Shown here: positions 22,535-29,086 of the stretch, in pieces | Layout: the number at the start of each line of letters is the position of its first letter | Position numbering within the stretch: position 1 is the stretch's first letter | Origin: Phycisphaerae bacterium SM23_33 | Lineage (GTDB): Bacteria; Planctomycetota; Phycisphaerae; SM23-33 | Direction of reading: 5' to 3' | Length of the DNA stretch: 34,088 nt | Assembly (NCBI GenBank): GCA_001303665.1 | Contig: LJUF01000001.1 | Coordinates: 1-34,088 of the forward strand | The notes under the pieces: model-generated | What the model saw: only the letters and a program-made list of their open reading frames with translations | Databases searched by the model: none | Told to the model about the DNA's origin: nothing | Made by a program: the position numbers and the translations under genes

Positions 22535-22564
22535 GAGGGGGCAACCCCGCGGGGCCGCCCCCTC
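22535..22564 (-). other. GC-rich 13-bp hairpin at the capsid-module / island boundary
   Basis: Minus-strand GAGGGGGCGGCCC-CGCG-GGGTTGCCCCCTC. It contains two G-U pairs that would be A-C mismatches in the plus-strand RNA. No U-tract. It sits 10 nt upstream of the 22524 start. Confidence 0.5.
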
Positions 22565-22575
22565 TCCTCACGATA

Positions 22576-23037
22576 TCAGTCTATCCGCTCCGTCCAGTTC
22601 GTGGTCGGGACTGCCTTGAAGCGCGATACGCACCCGTACAGGACGGCGGCGTATTCGACGGCTCCGCCAGCGATGACGACCTGGAACCGCACGTGCTCGA
22701 AGCCTCTGTCAACGTCCAACTCCTCGGTCTGCAACTCGATGCAGACCAGGTCGTCCCCGTCCCCGGTGGCCTGGACCAACGGCGTGATGGCCTTGGCCCC
22801 CGCCGTCTTCGACGACGTGATGGCCTTGGCCCCGGTGCCCCCCGGCCCCCGTGCCTGCTGGAGCGCGCAGTTCAGGGTGGCACCCTGCTGCATCTCGCCC
22901 ACGTTCAGCACCAGCCAGGCCCGGTGGTAGTTCTGCAAGCTCACCCACGCCGAGTTGTGCGTGCCGATGGCCTGGCTGTCCGCGTACTCGATGGCCAGCG
23001 GATACATCAGTTCCGACAATTCTGCCGTGTAACTCAT
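22576..23037 (-). CDS. Virion-module protein after the capsid gene (possible decoration/cement protein)
   Basis: ATG 23037 with AGGAGG SD; 153 aa. Contains an 11-aa tandem duplication (AKAITSSKTAG/AKAITPLVQAT). Function is inferred from position only. Confidence 0.5.
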   Translation of the reverse strand: MSYTAELSELMYPLAIEYADSQAIGTHNSAWVSLQNYHRAWLVLNVGEMQQGATLNCALQQARGPGGTGAKAITSSKTAGAKAITPLVQATGDGDDLVCIELQTEELDVDRGFEHVRFQVVIAGGAVEYAAVLYGCVSRFKAVPTTNWTERID

Positions 23038-23051
23038 CTGTTCACCTCCTG

Positions 23052-24374
23052 TTAGCTGCCGACCGGCCCGCCCAGGATCACGAACGGCGAAACGGTCGTG
23101 GTCTGGTCCTGGTACGTCAGCGGCGCCGACAGCCAGGGCTGGCCGTCCACGCGGTGCACGGCACGCCACGAGGTCTGGTCATAGCGCCAGTAGTCGTACT
23201 CGGTGCTCTCGATGGTCGTGGCCTGCCGGTCGCCGATCAAGTAGTAGTTGAAGTCGGCCAGCAGCACGTCGCCCTGGGCTCCCAAGACCGGGCTCTTCTC
23301 CGACCAGATGACGGGAAGGCCCAGAAGAACGCCGGGCACCCCGTCCCGCCCGCTGGGCTGCCACCAGTAAGCCGGGTTCCCGGCGGGGCCGGCCAACTGG
23401 ATCATGCTGGCCATCGCCGACTGGCTGATGACCCACACGCCCCGGCCCGAAGGCAAGAAGTTCATCATCATGTTGGCCAAGTCGGCGATGCCGATGGCCC
23501 CCGCCACCGCCCGCGCCACGACGATGGTCGGCGAATTGACGGCGGTGATGACGCCGAGGGGTTGCCCCGCGCCGGTGCCGCGCAGGAAGGCGTAATCCTC
23601 CATCCAGGTGATGCACCCGGCGAAGCCCATCGGCCCCATCAGGAAGTCGGACAGGCTGATGGCCGAGTCGTCGAGCAGTTCGTCACTCGCGCGGGTGTAC
23701 ATGATGAGCTTGTGCGCCACGAGCTCGATCTGCTTGAACTGCGCCGTCGTCAGGTCCTTGGCCTGCGCCTCGGCGACCCAGTACGCCTGCATCCCGCCGA
23801 ACCAGGCGGGGACGCCCGTCGTGCCGGTGGCCGTCTGGTCCAGCACGGGGATCTGCAACGCCCTGCGGCGCATCCTGATGATGGTAGCCCGGTTGCGAAC
23901 GATGGACTGTTCCCCCATCACGGCCTGCAACTGCGCCAGGAACTCGGTCGGCACCAGGAACCCGCCGGACGCGCCGACCGCCTCCACCATCTGCTTCTCT
24001 TCCTGCTTGCCGCGCTTGGGCGACTTCTCGCGGAAGGGCTGCAAGCGCGGGTCGCGCCTGCGGATGTCCTGGTGCGGGTGCAGGTGGAACCACATCGTCC
24101 GCAGGTATTCCTCCCACGACTTGAACTCCGTCGGGCTCTCGCGTTGCCCCTTCTCCTCGTCCGGGCCTTGCTCGGCCTCGGTCTCACGCGCCAACTCCTG
24201 GGCGTGGTGCTCCACTTCTTTCAATTGCAGGGCTTGGGCCTTCAGCTCCATGGCTCGCGTCTGCATCCCCTCGACCTTTTGTTTCTCCTCCATCGGAGCG
24301 TCCGGGTCGGAAAGGATTTCGGTCACTTGCCCGAAGAGATGGTCGGCCTCGCCCAGCATGTCTTTCCAATGCAT
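23052..24374 (-). CDS. Major capsid protein, HK97 fold, with N-terminal coiled-coil delta-like domain
   Basis: GGFLVPTEF, IPVLD, AYWVAEAQAK, MYTRASDELLDDS, and FLRGTGAGQPLGV are hallmarks of the HK97 family. ATG 24374 has GGAGG-N7. The track start GTG 24380 is the alternative. Confidence 0.9.
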   Translation of the reverse strand: MHWKDMLGEADHLFGQVTEILSDPDAPMEEKQKVEGMQTRAMELKAQALQLKEVEHHAQELARETEAEQGPDEEKGQRESPTEFKSWEEYLRTMWFHLHPHQDIRRRDPRLQPFREKSPKRGKQEEKQMVEAVGASGGFLVPTEFLAQLQAVMGEQSIVRNRATIIRMRRRALQIPVLDQTATGTTGVPAWFGGMQAYWVAEAQAKDLTTAQFKQIELVAHKLIMYTRASDELLDDSAISLSDFLMGPMGFAGCITWMEDYAFLRGTGAGQPLGVITAVNSPTIVVARAVAGAIGIADLANMMMNFLPSGRGVWVISQSAMASMIQLAGPAGNPAYWWQPSGRDGVPGVLLGLPVIWSEKSPVLGAQGDVLLADFNYYLIGDRQATTIESTEYDYWRYDQTSWRAVHRVDGQPWLSAPLTYQDQTTTVSPFVILGGPVGS

Positions 24375-24376
24375 TT

Positions 24377-26152
24377 TCACACCTCCATAGCTATGCTGAT
24401 TCGTTCTCGTTCCGCTTCGATGAGCTTCAGCATTTCCCCGGTGGGTGCCGCTTCGTTCTGCGGCCCGGCCTCGTCGGAGGTGGGTGCTTCGCCGGGCGGC
24501 GGCCCGGCCTTGCCTCGCTCTTCCATTATGTCGATCCCCGCCGATTCCAACGCTTCCAGCAGCGATGTCACGGCGGCCTTGATCCGGTTCGCGTTGGCCG
24601 TGGAAAGCACGCGGCCTTCTTTGACGGCCTTGATTTCGCTTTCTGTAATTTGGTGGTGCTTGCCCTCGCCGTCTTGCCAGACCAGCTTCAGCTCGCCCGC
24701 GTCGACATGGCGGGCGACGGTCACGCCCCCGCGTTCCTTGTCGTCCGTCGCGCCGGGCTCACGGTCTTCTTTCCCCTCATGATCTGCGTCGCTGGCTTTC
24801 TCCCAGGGCGGCACGATGCTGTCGTCGTCGAACTCACGCCGCATCCTGGCGTAGTACCCGGCGATGCGAGACTTGATTTTCGCCTGGTCGGCGGCGGGAA
24901 TGTCCGCCCCGCCCCTCGCGCCCTGCAGCACGCCGGCCACGGCGAAAAGGCCGCGCGGGACGGCCTTGACTTGCCCGCCCACCACGTCGCAGAAAAGCAG
25001 CTTGTAGGCAGTAAAGTTGTCGGCGTTCCCGGCGTCGTACCAGAAGTGGCAGGAACGGTACTTCGCGTTCGGCCCTTCCTCGGCCCCCGCCCACGCCCTG
25101 ACGCGCTTCTGGGCGGCGACGTTATCCCACGCCCGGCCCCTGTCGGCCAACGGCCAGTCAGTCTTGCCGGAGACGCCCTTGGCGTCCCTTTCCTCCTCCT
25201 CGCTCTTCCCCGGCCCCGGCCTCTCGGCGCGGCGCATTTCCCCGCCGCACTTGGGGCACTTCACGTCCCGGCAGTGCTCGTCGCTCTCTATCGTGTGGCC
25301 GCACTCCAGGCACTCGCACAGGTACGGCCCCCCGTCGTCGTCCTGCTTCGGCGGGGCGTCCTTCTTGTGGTCGTCCACCCACTCCTGGGCTTCCTCGACG
25401 CTGAACTTGTCCTTGTCAAAAACGTAGCTCTGGACAGTCATGGTCGTTTCGCCCTTCAGCTTGCCGACGACGGCTTGGATGCCATTGTCCGCCGCGCCGA
25501 TGCTGATAGTGCGGAACGAGCCTTCCTGGAAGTCGCCGGGGTCGCGCACCCGGATGCGGATGGTGTTCTCGGTCACGTCGGGGGCGGGCTTGTCCTCGGA
25601 GGGCTGGGCTTTGGCGGAGGTGGTGGTAGTGGCGGAATTCATCGCAAAAATGACGGGGCTGATTTCGTAAAGCTTCACCGTGCGGAGATTCCTGACAGTA
25701 ACGTTCTTGCCATTCCTGTCCACGCTGGTGAAGTCATAATCCAGAGCGTCGTAGCCGAAGCTCCATTCTTCCGCTGCCCCGTTTTTCAGGCGGCTGAAAA
25801 CACCACGCCCCTCCGGCGTGTCCATGAGCATTTGGATTTTGGCGAACGCGCCGCCCGTCGCTTCAGGCGTTTTCTCCAGTACTTCAGGCGGCAATTGATC
25901 CCGTCCCACTTCCGCCAACACCAACGGCTTGCCGACTATCCGCATGATAGAGTCTGCCTGGTGGTTGTCCAACACCTTGACCTTGTGCCCCCGTTCGGTG
26001 AACGTCTTGGTGAACGCACCGAGGTGCAAAATGTCATCTCCCTCATCCACGTTGCCGAAAATCGCGAAGAAGGCCTCGATGATGCCCTGGTCCTCGTCAG
26101 TCTTGGTGATGAACGCGGGAAAGGTTTTGTGTTCTATCTTCCTTTCTGTCAT
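24377..26152 (-). CDS. Prohead serine protease (HK97 family) fused to a zinc ribbon and scaffold-like C-terminal region
   Basis: The N-terminus (HKTFPAFITKTDEDQGIIEAFFAIFGNVDEGDDILHLGAFTKT...VLDNHQ) is of HK97 prohead protease type. CECLECGH...CPKCGG lies at 25247-25318. It continues with WPLADRGRAWD...YKLLFCDV...GARGGADIP and a coiled-coil tail. ATG 26152 has a GGGGGTGA SD. The track start is 26179. Confidence 0.8.
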   Translation of the reverse strand: MTERKIEHKTFPAFITKTDEDQGIIEAFFAIFGNVDEGDDILHLGAFTKTFTERGHKVKVLDNHQADSIMRIVGKPLVLAEVGRDQLPPEVLEKTPEATGGAFAKIQMLMDTPEGRGVFSRLKNGAAEEWSFGYDALDYDFTSVDRNGKNVTVRNLRTVKLYEISPVIFAMNSATTTTSAKAQPSEDKPAPDVTENTIRIRVRDPGDFQEGSFRTISIGAADNGIQAVVGKLKGETTMTVQSYVFDKDKFSVEEAQEWVDDHKKDAPPKQDDDGGPYLCECLECGHTIESDEHCRDVKCPKCGGEMRRAERPGPGKSEEEERDAKGVSGKTDWPLADRGRAWDNVAAQKRVRAWAGAEEGPNAKYRSCHFWYDAGNADNFTAYKLLFCDVVGGQVKAVPRGLFAVAGVLQGARGGADIPAADQAKIKSRIAGYYARMRREFDDDSIVPPWEKASDADHEGKEDREPGATDDKERGGVTVARHVDAGELKLVWQDGEGKHHQITESEIKAVKEGRVLSTANANRIKAAVTSLLEALESAGIDIMEERGKAGPPPGEAPTSDEAGPQNEAAPTGEMLKLIEAERERISIAMEV

Positions 26153-26214
26153 TTTCTCACCCCCTTTGCCGTGTGCCATCGGGCAGTGGGCGGTGGATTA
26201 TGTTTAGTTGCGGG

Positions 26215-26264
26215 AAACAAAAAAAGCCCCTTGTCCGCTTGGTTCTCCGTAGCGGTCAAGGGGC
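26215..26264 (-). terminator. Intrinsic terminator T2 (minus strand)
   Basis: GCCCCTTGACCGCT-loop11-AGCGGACAAGGGGC (13 bp with 1 mismatch), followed by TTTTTTTGTTT. Confidence 0.75.
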
Positions 26265-26301
26265 CGTGTGATTCAATCAGTGGGCCGGGCTATCCAGTTG
26301 T

Positions 26302-26350
26302 CAAAAACAGAAACGGCCCGCGTCGCGTGTCGGTGGCGACTGCGGGCCGT
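26302..26350 (-). terminator. Intrinsic terminator T1 (minus strand)
   Basis: ACGGCCCGC(A)GTCGC-loop9-GCGACGCGGGCCGT (14 bp with one bulge), followed by TTCTGTTTTTG. Confidence 0.7.
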
Positions 26351-26378
26351 GTGCTTGGCAGTGGGCCGGGTTATGAGA

Positions 26379-26567
26379 TTACAGCTTCTCAGGCTTGTAT
26401 CCGATCACCAGTTCGGCCACGAGGTACACGAGCGCCGTCAGGTGCCGGATCATCTGGCTGAATATCTCCAGTTTGCGCTTCTTGTCCATCATCTTACCAT
26501 AAATGCGGGCGTTTGTCAAGAATCCCTTAGAGCCACTTTCCGGAAAATATCCCGTCCTGATTGCCAA
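26379..26567 (-). CDS. Small hypothetical protein (possibly shorter, from ATG 26492)
   Basis: Has a hydrophobic segment, HLTALVYLVAELVIGY. The last ORF before the twin terminators. Start is uncertain. Confidence 0.35.
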   Translation of the reverse strand: MAIRTGYFPESGSKGFLTNARIYGKMMDKKRKLEIFSQMIRHLTALVYLVAELVIGYKPEKL

Positions 26568-26728
26568 GTAATCACTTCCATAAGGGCATAAAAGGCATGT
26601 TCAAAGGGGATGACAGTTGTGGCCGCCAATCTGTAAGCTTGTAATACTACTTGCTCCGCATTCTCGATATATTCTGGATTGCTGATGCCAGCAGCAAGGG
26701 CTCTATATTTAGCTTCCCATTCTGTCAT
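26516..26728 (-). CDS. Small hypothetical protein
   Basis: 70 aa with protein-like composition (MTEWEAKYRALAAGISNPEYIENAEQVVLQAY...). Lies in a low-GC patch. Confidence 0.45.
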   Translation of the reverse strand: MTEWEAKYRALAAGISNPEYIENAEQVVLQAYRLAATTVIPFEHAFYALMEVITWQSGRDIFRKVALRDS

Positions 26729-26808
26729 TATTTCGTCTCGCTCATTTGTCTTGTTCGCCTGAAAACGAAAGAGCCATTTTCATATCCCTAATCATATCCT
26801 CAATCCGT

Positions 26809-27111
26809 TCATTCCCCTTCACCTAAAACCTTTGCCAGCAACTCTTGTTGTATCTTCAACTGGGCGTCAATGTAGGCGCGGTAAAACTGGCGATAACGAC
26901 CTGGGAACAGAAAGCGATAAAGCCGAGTGCTAGTAGGGCCGCCGTACATTTTCTTTTTCAGCGCGGCGTATTCCGACCACGATGGCAGGCTTTTCAATTG
27001 GATGCGAATACCCAGGCTCTCAATGATAACTCGCGTCCCCTTCTTAATGCCTTCTGCCAACGCGTCGACGGCGGCGTCGTAATCAAGATGTTCCATGTAA
27101 TCAGTGTTCAT
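26809..27111 (-). CDS. Hypothetical protein
   Basis: ATG 27111 (MNTDYMEHLDYDAAVDAL...) forms an ATGA overlap with the upstream stop. The upstream part of the track ORF is junk. Confidence 0.55.
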   Translation of the reverse strand: MNTDYMEHLDYDAAVDALAEGIKKGTRVIIESLGIRIQLKSLPSWSEYAALKKKMYGGPTSTRLYRFLFPGRYRQFYRAYIDAQLKIQQELLAKVLGEGE

Positions 27112-27632
27112 TTCGTCTCGCTCGGCCCCACGACGGTGTTCGGCAAAGTGCCGCGCCGCAAGTCCTCTGGCCCTGGCTCGCAGTCGCACCGCCTCACGTC
27201 CGGCGCGTTCACCGCCCCGCAGCGCAGGCAGAGCCAGCCGGTGGGGATTTCTTTTTCTTCATCATAATACACTGCTATTACCTTGTCCACCATTTCTATG
27301 AATTCTCCTTCTTCCACCGTCAAGTCGCGTTTCATGGCATCTTCTTTGATAGCTATAATACGAGCAAGAATATCAACCAGCTTAGCATATTCATCCTCCC
27401 ACCATACCTGTCCATGTTTATGCGTCGCCGTCGTCTCGCTCATTCGTCCCTCATAAAGATGTCCCGACAAATAGAAAATGAAAGGGATGTCATCATTGGT
27501 TCCAATTTCTAATACGGGTCCCCACGCTTGGAAAAGTTGTTTGCCAAGCCTTTTTGTCATCGTTATTTTAAGAAGGTAGGGAAATTCATCATAGCTATCA
27601 TTGATTGCACCTGTTACAAATTCTACGAACAT
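27108..27632 (-). CDS. Hypothetical protein with C-terminal zinc-ribbon-like CxxC...CxC
   Basis: ATG 27632 (MFVEFVTGAINDSYDEF...) with a GGAGG SD. AT-rich body. Contains CLRCGAVNAPDVRRCDC. Confidence 0.55.
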   Translation of the reverse strand: MFVEFVTGAINDSYDEFPYLLKITMTKRLGKQLFQAWGPVLEIGTNDDIPFIFYLSGHLYEGRMSETTATHKHGQVWWEDEYAKLVDILARIIAIKEDAMKRDLTVEEGEFIEMVDKVIAVYYDEEKEIPTGWLCLRCGAVNAPDVRRCDCEPGPEDLRRGTLPNTVVGPSETK

Positions 27633-27967
27633 TTCCCCTCCAACGCACACACGGGCGCGGCCAGCCGCTTCCGCTTCGCCCTCGCCAGCCGCTCCCTGTA
27701 GTCGGCCTCCATCAGCGCGATGGCCTCGTATAGGTTGCCGCCCGTCCAACCGCCCGCCAAGGAGACGCCGTGCCGCTTCATCCAGCCCACGTCGGCCATC
27801 GTCAGGTCCTTCTTCGCCAACTCGACGACGGGTTCATAGCTGGCGGCCTCCGGGTACTTGTTGATGATCTGTAATAGTTTCTGCCGAGCCACGTCGCCCT
27901 CCGGCTTGCCGCGCTGGTCGTCGGCCAGGCGGGCCAGGGCGCGGACTTTGCGCTTCCAGCGGTTCAT
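27623..27967 (-). CDS. Hypothetical basic protein
   Basis: ATG 27967 (MNRWKRKVRALARLADD...) preceded by GGAGGAGG-N7. The alternative is ATG 28024, which forms an ATGA overlap. Confidence 0.5.
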   Translation of the reverse strand: MNRWKRKVRALARLADDQRGKPEGDVARQKLLQIINKYPEAASYEPVVELAKKDLTMADVGWMKRHGVSLAGGWTGGNLYEAIALMEADYRERLARAKRKRLAAPVCALEGKCS

Positions 27968-28020
27968 CCCTCTGCCTCCTCCGCAAGTTCCCGGTTGATC
28001 CCGTCTATCATCTTCTTCGT

Positions 28021-28476
28021 TCATTTCTCTTTTCTGGCCCGCTCCCAGTCGGCTAACCGCCGCAGCGCCTTGACGTCCCGCCACGTGGGGAGCGCGCCTT
28101 CATGCTGCTCCGCCAGCCGCCACACGGCCAGCGTGACGACGGCGCGCCGGTAAGCGACGTCCAGCAGCTTTCCGAAGCGGTGCCAGAGGTAGCGCAAGTC
28201 GGTGACGAAGCCCCGGTCGCGGATGGCGACGATGACGTCATATTGCCAGGAATCTGGTTCCAGCACCCGCAGCTTGAACGGCCCGAACTCGAACCGGTCC
28301 CCTGGCTGGCATGGAAACTCGTCATATCGGGCTTGGCAAACCTTGGCGGCGTCCAACAAAAGGCGCTCGGAGAATCTGGCAATATCGCCGCCCGTCCATT
28401 TGTAACCGTAGCGCTCCACGCCGCCCAGGGCGTCGTAATGGGCTTCTACCTCGATCAAGCCTTCCTTCTTACTCAT
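28021..28476 (-). CDS. Hypothetical protein
   Basis: ATG 28476 (MSKKEGLIEVEAHYDALGG...). Protein-like composition. Confidence 0.55.
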   Translation of the reverse strand: MSKKEGLIEVEAHYDALGGVERYGYKWTGGDIARFSERLLLDAAKVCQARYDEFPCQPGDRFEFGPFKLRVLEPDSWQYDVIVAIRDRGFVTDLRYLWHRFGKLLDVAYRRAVVTLAVWRLAEQHEGALPTWRDVKALRRLADWERARKEK

Positions 28477-28648
28477 CTTGCCACCTATCCCATATTCTAT
28501 CACACAACTCCTGCACGGCCAATTGCGTCTTCTCCAGCCGCTTGTTGGCCTTTTCCGCTTGCTTGTGGATCACGGCCACGCCGCACAGGACGAAGAACAG
28601 CAGCAGGGCGACGGCGGCTTGTCCGAGGCAGAGGAGCCAGATGTTCAT
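28469..28648 (-). CDS. 59-aa single-pass membrane protein (not in the ORF track)
   Basis: My translation: MNIWLLCLGQAAVALLLFFVLCGVAVIHKQAEKANKRLEKTQLAVQELCDRIWDRWQDE. ATGA overlap with the upstream stop at 28645-28648, and its stop overlaps the next ATG. Confidence 0.5.
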   Translation of the reverse strand: MNIWLLCLGQAAVALLLFFVLCGVAVIHKQAEKANKRLEKTQLAVQELCDRIWDRWQDE

Positions 28649-28845
28649 TCTAAGTCAAACTTCCCCGTGACTTTGAAAGCGAGGCGGCGCAAAGCACCAT
28701 GCGTGCTGTCAAGACCCATTGCAACCAGGACGACAAAAAACGTATTGATGCAATTCCAGGCGAACAGAAGAGCGATGAAAGCCGCCAAGTGTTCAAGGTC
28801 GTCTTGCAGATACGCCATGAAAAAGTCAATTACACTTTCACGCAT
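28645..28845 (-). CDS. Small membrane protein
   Basis: 66 aa with a hydrophobic core, HLAAFIALLFAWNCINTFFVVLVAMGL. Confidence 0.5.
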   Translation of the reverse strand: MRESVIDFFMAYLQDDLEHLAAFIALLFAWNCINTFFVVLVAMGLDSTHGALRRLAFKVTGKFDLE

Positions 28846-29044
28846 CTTGCGCCCTCCTCCAATCCAGCGCGTTCTGCCAGAAAATGTCGTGCCAGTGCAA
28901 CGTCAACTCGCGGGCAAAGTCGTGCCCCAGGCCAGCATCTACCAAGGTATCATAATATGCCTTGACGAGCGGGCCGCACTGCGAGAGCATGGTTTCTGTT
29001 TCTTCGGCTTGCTTGGCGAATAGCACCGGATCAAAGTTAGACAT
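28838..29044 (-). CDS. Small hypothetical protein
   Basis: ATG 29044 (MSNFDPVLFAKQAEETETML...), just downstream of the portal gene. Confidence 0.5.
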   Translation of the reverse strand: MSNFDPVLFAKQAEETETMLSQCGPLVKAYYDTLVDAGLGHDFARELTLHWHDIFWQNALDWRRAQDA

Positions 29045-29086
29045 TTGACCAATCCCCCCCAGACAGACCATGAGTTTTCTTGGTTA

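Larger units (their letters stand above)
26168..26370 (-). repeat. Three copies of a bipartite repeat, GCCCACTG-N5-8-CACACGGC (minus strand)
   Basis: Plus-strand copies lie at 26168-26191, 26261-26289 and 26344-26370. In copies 1 and 2 the CACACGGCC half runs into the 5' arm of a terminator. Copy 3 overlaps the first ATG (26179) of the protease ORF. Confidence 0.6.

Noticed and set aside
22851-24782. Very long plus-strand ORFs opposite the structural genes (22851..24782 at 643 aa, 24650..26461 at 603 aa, 29300..31537 at 745 aa, 21661..23055, 15091..16056 and others)
   Set aside because: They are Arg/Pro/Gly/Ala-rich low-complexity translations, typical of antisense shadow ORFs in high-GC DNA. 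The minus-strand partners carry clear capsid, protease, portal or enzyme motifs.
26271-26304. Minus-strand promoter using TTGACA at 26304-26299
   Set aside because: With a 17-nt spacer the -10 would be ACTGAT (3 of 6 and lacking the key A2). The better TGATTGAAT element is 22 nt away. Not convincing.
26733-27443. Repeated 13-mer ATGAGCGAGACGA on the minus strand (plus-strand 26733-26745 and 27431-27443, partial at 27113-27123), resembling the GCGAGACGA words of the cassette
   Set aside because: By a rough N-squared over 4^13 estimate, about 10-20 exact 13-mer pairs are expected by chance in a 34-kb window on two strands, and more with GC bias. This is not significant on its own.
28469-28845. 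Holin or lysis cassette call for the two small membrane proteins
   Set aside because: There is no endolysin or spanin nearby, and they lie in the head module between portal and protease. Hydrophobic single-pass peptides alone are not enough evidence.
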